From positions 2,368,001 to 2,432,000 of the forward strand of contig OZ242011.1 in assembly GCA_965204755.1 (NCBI GenBank): a DNA stretch of 64,000 nt, in the 5' to 3' direction. The notes beneath the pieces are model-generated. The model saw only the letters and a program-made list of their open reading frames with translations. It was not told where the DNA came from and searched no databases. The stretch's first letter is position 1; every line of letters begins with the position of its first letter. Positions 9,590 through 17,400 of the stretch are shown piece by piece. The position numbers and the translations under genes were made by a program. The stretch is from Candidatus Marinacidobacterium sp. Its GTDB lineage: Bacteria; Acidobacteriota; Vicinamibacteria; Marinacidobacterales; Marinacidobacteraceae.

Positions 9590-11143
9590 CTATCGCCGAT
9601 CCGCCACCGGGGGCCTCGCCGCGTCCCCTCGGGAAGGGGCGGGCGGGGGCTGTCGTTCCGATTCCGGGCTCGGGTAGCGGTCGAGGATCCCCTCTTCGCT
9701 CATGAGCGCTTCGATGTCGTCCGGCTCCAGAGGGACGAAGTCCGAGAGGTTCTCCGCGCCGTCCTCGGTGATCAGGATCACATCTTCCAGGCGGATGTAG
9801 ATGCGCTCCTCCGGCACCCGGAACTGCGGCTCGATGGTGAACACCATTCCGGGAGCGAGCGTTCCGTCCGCATCCCCCACATCGTGGACCGCCATACCCA
9901 CGCCGTGCCCCATCGAGTTCGGCCGGCCGGCGGCGCGCCGCGCGTAGGCGCCGACGAAGGCCTCCGCGGCGGTTCGGTAATGCGGCTTGGTGAACGGCCA
10001 CTCCGCGGCGATCCGTTCCATCCGGCGCGCCGCTTCCCCCATCACGCGGGCAGTGTCTCCGGGGCGGATCGCGTCCAGGATGGCGCGGTAGCAGGCGAGG
10101 TAGAAGCCGTAGAGGTCGCGCTGCCATTCGTTCCAGGTCCCGTTCACCGGCCACATCCGGGTGACATCGCTGGTGTAGTAGCCGAGGTCCGGCGCGTAGT
10201 CCATGAGGACCAGGTCGCCGTCCTCCAGCCGGCTGGCTCCCCGGTGGTAGTGCGGATACCAGGCGTTCGTCCCGGCGGCGACCAGCGAGTAGTAGCCGTC
10301 GGACTGCGCGCCGTCGCGGAAGAACAGGAACTTGCCCACGGCGTCGAGTTCGCGTTCGTAGAGGCCGGGCCGCGTGGACCGCATCGCTTCCATCAGCGCG
10401 AGCCCGGACAGTCCGGTGGCCCGGCGGATGAGCGCGATCTCGCGTTCGCTCTTGATCAACCGGAGGCGGTCCAGCACCGGGGAGAGATCTTCGATCGCCA
10501 GACGCGGGAATCGGTCGCGCAACCGGGCCACGAAGTTCGCTTCGCGCGAAACCCGTCCGTCCCAAGGATCGTTGGCGATGTCCGAGTTGCCGCGGGTGGC
10601 CAAGTCCCGGCTCATCGCCGCGAGTTCGGCCGGCGCGAACGGCGTATGGACGACCGGGGGCCGGTTGCTCCCGGCGAGCCGCGCCAGGTCGCCGCCCAAC
10701 GCGTCCGTTCCCCGCGCGGCGTCCACCCCGGTGAGTTCCCGGGCGAGGGCCGCGTCGTCCGCGGTGAGCAGCCGCCCTTCCGAAGCCTCGCGCCGCGGGT
10801 TCCGATGCGGCAGGTAGAGCGTGGACCGGAGAGTCGCGGCCTCCAGCAGCAGGTAGGCGTGCGGCGTCTCCACCCCGGTCAGGTAGTAGAACGAGTTCGT
10901 CTGCCGAAACCGCACATACCCGAGCGGCGACGCCGCGCCCTGCAGCACGGCGACTCCGTCCGGCCCGATCGCCTCCATCACCCGCTCTCGCCGCTCGTGG
11001 AACTCCGCCGCCGGAAAGTCTGCGGTGAAGATCGGCCCGTCCTGCCCCGCCGCCGCCCCCGGTGCGAGCGCAGCCGCCAGACAGAGGCCGAGAAGGCCCC
11101 GCGGAGCCGACGAGGCGAGAACTCGAGATCGTTCGTGGTTCAT
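9590..11143 (-). CDS. Xaa-Pro aminopeptidase (M24) with signal peptide
   Basis: FRQTNSFYYLTG, RLIKSERE, YTSDVTR, GHGVGMAVHDVG, TIEP, IRLED. Confidence 0.9.
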   Translation of the reverse strand: MNHERSRVLASSAPRGLLGLCLAAALAPGAAAGQDGPIFTADFPAAEFHERRERVMEAIGPDGVAVLQGAASPLGYVRFRQTNSFYYLTGVETPHAYLLLEAATLRSTLYLPHRNPRREASEGRLLTADDAALARELTGVDAARGTDALGGDLARLAGSNRPPVVHTPFAPAELAAMSRDLATRGNSDIANDPWDGRVSREANFVARLRDRFPRLAIEDLSPVLDRLRLIKSEREIALIRRATGLSGLALMEAMRSTRPGLYERELDAVGKFLFFRDGAQSDGYYSLVAAGTNAWYPHYHRGASRLEDGDLVLMDYAPDLGYYTSDVTRMWPVNGTWNEWQRDLYGFYLACYRAILDAIRPGDTARVMGEAARRMERIAAEWPFTKPHYRTAAEAFVGAYARRAAGRPNSMGHGVGMAVHDVGDADGTLAPGMVFTIEPQFRVPEERIYIRLEDVILITEDGAENLSDFVPLEPDDIEALMSEEGILDRYPSPESERQPPPAPSRGDAARPPVADRR

Positions 11144-11805
11144 CCGTCGCGCTCCCCGGCGTGAACTGTTCGCCGGAACTTCTCACGGAGACCGGGAACC
11201 GAGAAACTGGCCCAGCAACTCCGGGAGAGGCCGGCGGCCTTCGGGGGAAAGGCAGCGTGCACGATCTTGCGGTTCTGTGCGTTGAGCGCCTCGGCCATCG
11301 GCACGAAGTCCCCGTCCGAGGAAACGAGCACCGCGATGTCGTACTGGCCGGACCAAGCGAGGCCGATCAGGTCGGTCGCGATGCGAACATCCACGCCCTT
11401 CTCCTTGAACCCGGCGAGTCGGTGCCCGCAGTGGGGGCACGCTTCGACCTTGCGCCGGCAACGCGAGCAGGTGACGCTGATCGGACCGGCCCTCCTGGGC
11501 AGCGTTCGCACGGAAACGCCGGGGAATCCGCTGATCGTCTCGAACCAGCGGCGGAGCGCCGCGTCGTTCTCTCCGTCTTGGTACGAACCGTAAACGGTCA
11601 TGCCCTCGTAGTCGAGACGTGCGCCGGCGTGGACGGTCGCAAGGGCGGCGCGGGCGAGAACCGCGCCGAGTTGCCGGTAGTCCGTCTCGAATCCGCGGTC
11701 CACGCCCTTCATCGAGAGCGTGAAGTTCCAGAAGTCCAGGAAGACCTTGACGCGAAGGCCCCCGCTCGGCGACGGAGATCCGTTCCCGGGAAGGAAGTTG
11801 CTCAA
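11140..11805 (-). CDS. NYN (LabA/DUF88, PIN-like) domain protein with zinc-ribbon insertion
   Basis: VFLDFWNF, EKGVDVRIATDL, LVSSDGDFVP acidic catalytic motifs; CSRC...CPHC insertion. Confidence 0.88.
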   Translation of the reverse strand: MSNFLPGNGSPSPSGGLRVKVFLDFWNFTLSMKGVDRGFETDYRQLGAVLARAALATVHAGARLDYEGMTVYGSYQDGENDAALRRWFETISGFPGVSVRTLPRRAGPISVTCSRCRRKVEACPHCGHRLAGFKEKGVDVRIATDLIGLAWSGQYDIAVLVSSDGDFVPMAEALNAQNRKIVHAAFPPKAAGLSRSCWASFSVPGLREKFRRTVHAGERDG

Positions 11806-11934
11806 CGCGAGACCTCCTGAGGATGGCGATGAGGATCCGGAGAGAACTACCGGAAGAGGGGTTCGTAGAGAGGGAGTGAGGATGTGCCGTGAGGCGAAGA
11901 GACACCGGTGGCCGAGAGGCGCAAGGTGAATTAG

Positions 11935-12051
11935 CAGGGGCGCCGGGAGGCGCCCCTGGCGTTCTCATGGCCGGGCGCCACTCGCCCCCTTGTTGGGGAT
12001 TGGAGCGGGAAGCCAGTTGGGCGCCCGGGGGTCGTCTTGGTGGGAAGAATA
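11935..12051 (-). promoter_or_regulatory. extended -10 promoter and structured leader upstream of the NYN gene
   Basis: TGcTATTCT on minus strand (hexamer 12046-12051); 9-bp inverted repeat 11971-11979/12020-12028; 10-bp stem hairpin 11935-11958. Confidence 0.5.
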
Positions 12052-12287
12052 GCACGACCATCGAGGCCACTGCGGAGGGGCTTTGCTGCGGGCGGAGGCC
12101 GATCGTTGCGGGGCGCGCCGGTCCTCTCGGGCGCATGGACTCCCGCGGGCGGGTCCGCCGAAGGAGTGGCAGCAGTTCTCGCCGCGTGCGCGATGCGCGG
12201 CGCCCACGAACGGCCGGGCGCGCGGCGCGCGGCCCGCAGGGCGCATCCCGCTGCCGCCGCCGCACTAGGCTTCCGCCGCCCCCCGTA

Positions 12288-13178
12288 ATGGCCGACGACG
12301 CCCAGCCGCAGCCCGGGATCCTCGCCGAGATCCCGGCGCACGCCCGCTTCCTGACCTTCCGGCGGCGTCCCTCCGGGCCGATGCCGCGGGAGCCGCTCGC
12401 GCGGCTCGGCGACGCGGCCGCCGACCTCGGCGCTGTCGTGGGGATCGGCCTCTCGCTCGTTCGGGAATGCGGCGCCGAGATCCCGGGGCTCCGGACCCTG
12501 CCCGCAGTGGACGGCCCGGGGTTCTCCGTCCCCTCGACTCCGGCGGCGCTCTGGGTGTGGCTCCGGGCGGACGAGCCGGGGCCGCTCGTCCACCGGACCG
12601 GAGAAACGACCGGATTGCTGGGAGAGGCATTCCGGTTGGAGTCGGCTGTCTCCGCTTTCCGCTACGGGACAGGCCTCGACCTCACCGGCTACGAGGACGG
12701 CACGGAGAACCCGGTCGGTGACGCGGCGAAGGCGGCGGCGGTGGTGTCCGGCGCCGGGCCGGGTCTCGACGGCTCCTCCTTCGTCGCCGCGCAGCAGTGG
12801 GTCCACGACCTCGACCGGTTCTCCGCGTTCCCTCCCGAGGTGCAGGATCGGATCATCGGCCGTCGGAGGAGCGACAACGAGGAACTGCGCGACGGCCCGG
12901 ACGCGGCCCATGTGAAGCGGACGGAACAGGAGGCGCCCGACCCGCCGGCGTTCCTGCTCCGCCGCTCCATGCCGTGGGCCGACGGCGAGCGCGCCGGACT
13001 GGTCTTCGTCGCCTTCGGGAGCAGCCTCGCGCCGTTCTCCTACCATCTCGACCGCATGACCGGCGCGGAGGACGGGATCGTGGACCACCTGTTCCGCTTC
13101 ACCCGCCCGTCCACCGGCGCCTTCTTCTGGTGCCCGCCGCTCGCGGACGGACGCCTCGACTTCTCCCGCCTCCGCTGA
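12288..13178 (+). CDS. Dyp-type peroxidase
   Basis: GYEDGTEN (GXXDG), QQWVHDL, IIGR, AHVKR, LLRRSMPW, FFWCPP; start moved to ATG 12288. Confidence 0.92.
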   Translation: MADDAQPQPGILAEIPAHARFLTFRRRPSGPMPREPLARLGDAAADLGAVVGIGLSLVRECGAEIPGLRTLPAVDGPGFSVPSTPAALWVWLRADEPGPLVHRTGETTGLLGEAFRLESAVSAFRYGTGLDLTGYEDGTENPVGDAAKAAAVVSGAGPGLDGSSFVAAQQWVHDLDRFSAFPPEVQDRIIGRRRSDNEELRDGPDAAHVKRTEQEAPDPPAFLLRRSMPWADGERAGLVFVAFGSSLAPFSYHLDRMTGAEDGIVDHLFRFTRPSTGAFFWCPPLADGRLDFSRLR

Positions 13179-13197
13179 ACGAGCGCCCCCTCGCAGA

Positions 13198-13689
13198 GTG
13201 CCCGCAGCCAGGAGGCTGACCGCCGCCGCCGTCTTCGCCGGCGCCCTCTTCGCGCTCCCCGAACCGGCTGCCGCCCAGACCGGCTGCGAACTGCTCTACC
13301 TGCAGTGGGAGGGCTGCGCGACCGAGTGCGAGTCCTACTACGAAAACCGCGTGGCGCGGGCGGTCTGCCGCGCCTGGTGCCTGGTCGAGTATGTCCGCGA
13401 CTATTGGACCTGCGAGTCCAATGTGGAGGCTTCCGAGGAGTCGGAAGCAGCGCCCGCGGAGGAGGGCGCCCGGGAGCCGGACGAGGAGCGCGGCGCGTCC
13501 CGGATCGGCCGGCCGGGTGACCGGGGCGGCGGCCCATCGTCCGGGGCGGCCCCCGGCGTGGTCAGCCGCCGGCCGGTCGGCGCCGGCCGCGCCGCCTTCC
13601 GTCGAGCGCCGGGGAAGGCCCCGCGCTGCGGAAGGTTGACCAGGTCCCTCATCTCGAGCGCCACATCCCGGTCCGCCGGCGGCGCCTGA
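13198..13689 (+). CDS. hypothetical secreted cysteine-rich protein
   Basis: Signal peptide ending AAA-Q, then six Cys spaced C-x9-C-x3-C-x12-C-x3-C-x10-C; low-complexity C-terminal part. Confidence 0.55.
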   Translation: MPAARRLTAAAVFAGALFALPEPAAAQTGCELLYLQWEGCATECESYYENRVARAVCRAWCLVEYVRDYWTCESNVEASEESEAAPAEEGAREPDEERGASRIGRPGDRGGGPSSGAAPGVVSRRPVGAGRAAFRRAPGKAPRCGRLTRSLISSATSRSAGGA

Positions 13690-13754
13690 GCGGCGTCCCG
13701 GCCGTCTCCCGACCCTCTCGACACACCCGGGCGAACGCCTCGGCCGCGCGCCTC

Positions 13755-14453
13755 GTGAGCGAATCCCGCGCCCGCCGGCTGGCGGCGGAGTTCCTCGGAA
13801 CCGCCGGCCTCCTCGCCGCGATCATCGGCTCCGGCATCATGGCCGAGACGCTCTCCGGCGGCAACGACGGCGTGGCGCTCATCGGCTGCACCGCCGCCAT
13901 CGGCGCCGCCTTGGTCGTCCTGATCTGGCTGTTCCTCCCGGTATCCGGCTGCCACATCAACCCGGCGGTCACGCTGGCCCTGCTGCTCCGCCGCCGCATC
14001 GCCCCGGCGGACGCCGCCGCCTATGTGGCGGTCCAAGCCGCCGGCGCCGTCGCCGGGATGCTGGCCACCCACGCCATGTTCGACCTGCCGCTGCTGCAGG
14101 CAGCCACCACCGTCCGCACCGGCCCGGGCCAGTGGTTTTCCGAGTTCGTTGCCACCGTCGGCCTCCTCGCCACCATCTTCGGCGCCGCCCGCTTCCGTCC
14201 CCAAGCCCTCGCCCCGGCGGTCGGCCTCTACATCTTCGCCGCCTGCTGGTTCACCGCTTCCACTTCCTTCGCCAACCCGGCGGTCACCCTCGCCCGCAGT
14301 TTCACGGACACTTTCTGCGGCATCCGCCCCGCCGACGCCCCGCCGTTCGTCCTGATGCAGATCTTCGGCGCGACCGCCGCCGCCCCCCTCTCCGCCTGGT
14401 TGTGGCCGGACGCAGCGGCTACTCTCCGTTCTTCCCCGGCCCGCGCCGACTGA
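13755..14453 (+). CDS. MIP/aquaporin family channel (AqpS-like)
   Basis: AEFLGT, SGCHINPAVT and FTASTSFANPAVTLAR (two NPA boxes). Confidence 0.9.
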   Translation: MSESRARRLAAEFLGTAGLLAAIIGSGIMAETLSGGNDGVALIGCTAAIGAALVVLIWLFLPVSGCHINPAVTLALLLRRRIAPADAAAYVAVQAAGAVAGMLATHAMFDLPLLQAATTVRTGPGQWFSEFVATVGLLATIFGAARFRPQALAPAVGLYIFAACWFTASTSFANPAVTLARSFTDTFCGIRPADAPPFVLMQIFGATAAAPLSAWLWPDAAATLRSSPARAD

Positions 14454-14467
14454 CCCGCGACACCAGC

Positions 14468-17400
14468 ATGGCATCCCCTTCGGCCTCGACACTCGCTGCC
14501 GTCGCTCTTTCTCATCCTCTCGTCCTTCGAGCCGCCTGGATGAGAATCGACAGGTGGTACCGCGCCGGCAACATCGCACCGGAGCCGGAACTTTCCCGCT
14601 GGCGGCTCCATCCGGAGGCGGAACTTCGGTCACTTGGCGAGGCCCTGCGCAACGGAATTTGGGCGCCATCCGCATGGCAGCAACTGCCGTACCCGAAGAA
14701 GGGCAAGCGTCTCCGCCATTTCGTCTGGCCAACGGTGAGAGATCAAGTCGCGTTCATGGCGCATATGGTGTTGCTCGGCCCACTGATCGATAGCCGGCTC
14801 AATCCGTTCGTCTTCGGAAATCGGTGGTATCGGTCGATCATTTGGGACCGGTCCCAATCGTCTCGCTCCAGATGGACACCCCTCGGGTACCCGCTGCTTA
14901 CCTCTCGTAGTTACTTGCCGTACGCCCGTGATCACGGCTTGTACCGACGAGTCGCGCACTGGACGGTTTCTCGCATGACTGGCGCACCGGTCGAAGAGAA
15001 CGACTACGGCGGACGCGTTCACCATCCGGATGACTACAATGAGGACTTCCTTCCCGAATGGACCCGCCGAGAGTGGTGGGCGGGGGGGTTGGAGGGCAAA
15101 CACCGTGCGTACTGGGCGGCCCTCGATATCGAGATGGCGTACCCGTCCGTCAATCTAGATTACCTCCGCAACTGTCTTCTTCAGGCGCTGGCCGCGGATC
15201 CTCTCGACGAAAACATCTTCAGGGGATATCCGGATGTCACACTTGCCGCTCTTCGGGATGAAGAGTCTCCTCGATCGATCGCCCGGCGACTCATCGTCGC
15301 ACTTCAGAAAGTGCGCGTGCGGCACGGGGACATCCTCAACGCTTCGTGGAAACCCTCCCACATCCGAGCAAGGCTGCCGTCGCTTGATGAGGATATAGGT
15401 ATTCCTACGGGTCTGGCGATTTCTGGTGTTCTTCTGAATGTGGCACTTGCCCCTACGGACAAGAGCATCTACCGCTATTTGAAGACGACGACGGGTGCCT
15501 ACCGTGGTGCGGTTCTGCGATTCGCCGACGACACGTACGTCTTCTCACGATCGCTTGACGGTCTCTTGACATTGATGGAGGTTGTAGCACGGGACACGGC
15601 TCATCCCAAAGAAGCGTCGTGGCTTCCTGATCGGCCGGACGGGCGTGGCGATTCCGAAAGCGCACTCTTGCGTTCGCGGTCAACATTGGGGACGAATCTC
15701 TATCTCAACTTGGAGAAGATCCGGCCCGATGCCGTGAAGCGCCTCGTCGAAAGAGTGTGTCGGAGCGAAGGTTGGTCCAAGTGCGACGACTGTGAGGCGT
15801 TGAAACCTGATGATTCAATGACGAAGACGACTCCAGTGGATCGGTGGTGGCGCACAAACGAGGACAGCGTCGACCGTCAACTGCGGAATGCGCTTTTCCG
15901 CGCGAGTGTCGGACCGGAATCCGCAGGGCCATTCGTCACGGCGCTCGTTGAGAGAATGAGCGAGATCGGATGGGGAGGCCTTCGTGAGCGCTTCGGGGAG
16001 GGGGCGCGGGAGCGGCTTGGTCGGCTCCACGAGTTGGCGCGCTTCGACATCGCGGACGAGCAGGTGCGTGCCGATACTCGAAGAGTGTTCGCAGCAAATC
16101 GGTTGGTGGCGGCATGGCTGTCGGACGAAGGCGGCACCGCCGTCGCAGAGATCCGCCACATTCGAGACTCGCTGGCGCACGTGCTGGATCGCACGCCGTG
16201 GAAGTTCGCGCTCTGGACAGCCGTAGTTCGAGCCGCCGCGCGACTGTCCTATGTCGGCGCTGAACGAACGGAAAATGCCAAGGAAGATGACCGCAACGGG
16301 GGCGTTTGGCTCGAATCTCAGCTGCGGCGCATTGCGCGACCGCCCTCTGCAGACGACCATCTGTCGTGGGCCAAGCGGTGGCCTGAGGATCTCCATGACT
16401 CCCACGATCGAGGTGAGGGTTGGGCGGATCTCTATCTCTCATTCCATCGCGCAGCCTTCTGGCAAGGATTGCGGACCGTTCTCATCGAACTCTGGGAGCA
16501 TTTGCGACGGACCGGCGGCGGAGAGGCTGAGGCGGCCCACGAGTCGGGGCCATCGCCGGATTCGTGGTGTTTCAGGGCCATCCCGGAGGGTCGCCATCGG
16601 GAAACACTTGACCTTCTGGGTACGACAGACAGATGGGCCCGCGTGCTGTACGGAGCGGACGCAGAGGCGAGTGATCGATTGGCGCACCGATGGGAGATGG
16701 ATCAGTTCGTGGCGGCTGTTCTATCGACGGTGCCTCGATCCCGAGCGGCGGTGGCATGGCTCAGGTGCCAGCCGCCGGGAGAGATCTTGCGCGTTCCGTC
16801 AGCCCATCCAGGACTCGGGACTCTAACGGAGAGAATCCTCCGGCGTGCGAATCGATTGAGCGTCCGAGGTGGTCAGGTCGCGGGCCTCTCTGCTGGCGCT
16901 CTCGCTCATCTTGGTCTTGCGGGCACGGATCGCAAGACGGGGAGAGTTCTCTATCGGAAGGGTGTGCCACGAATCCACGACTGGAGTCGTGATCGAGACA
17001 GGATTGTCCGGATGAGCCAAGTACTGGGCTGCTCCGATGCCATCAGTGCTGCGCAGATGGAATTGGAGGTTGACACTCCGTCGGAGTTGATCCAGAAGAT
17101 CGGCGACGCGCCGTTTCGACTTGATGCCTATGGTGCGGTGCGTCGGACCCTACTTGGAGGTGAGAGCAAGTCGACTCAGGCTGTCGAGTCGCTACATCGG
17201 CTCTTGTGGGGCAGGCCAGGAGATTCGAGGGACTTGTCGTCTTGGCCGCTCTGTCCGTGGGACATGCCCGCTGTCGGTCTTCCCTATCAGATCGCCGTTG
17301 GTCTTTTCCTCAATGCGCCGAATCCGACTCCAGAATGGCGACCGGTCCACGGGCCGCTATCGTGGTTCTTCCACAAGGGCAGTGCGATCCTCGCGGCTGG

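Noticed and set aside
13130-13178. Encapsulin cargo-loading peptide on the Dyp C-terminus (DGRLDFSRLR)
   Set aside because: Only a weak resemblance to GSLxIGSL, no linker before it, and no encapsulin gene nearby.
14132-14467. N-terminal extension of the RT ORF (1615 aa in the track)
   Set aside because: Overlaps the aquaporin in another frame and is low-complexity; ATG 14468 is more plausible.
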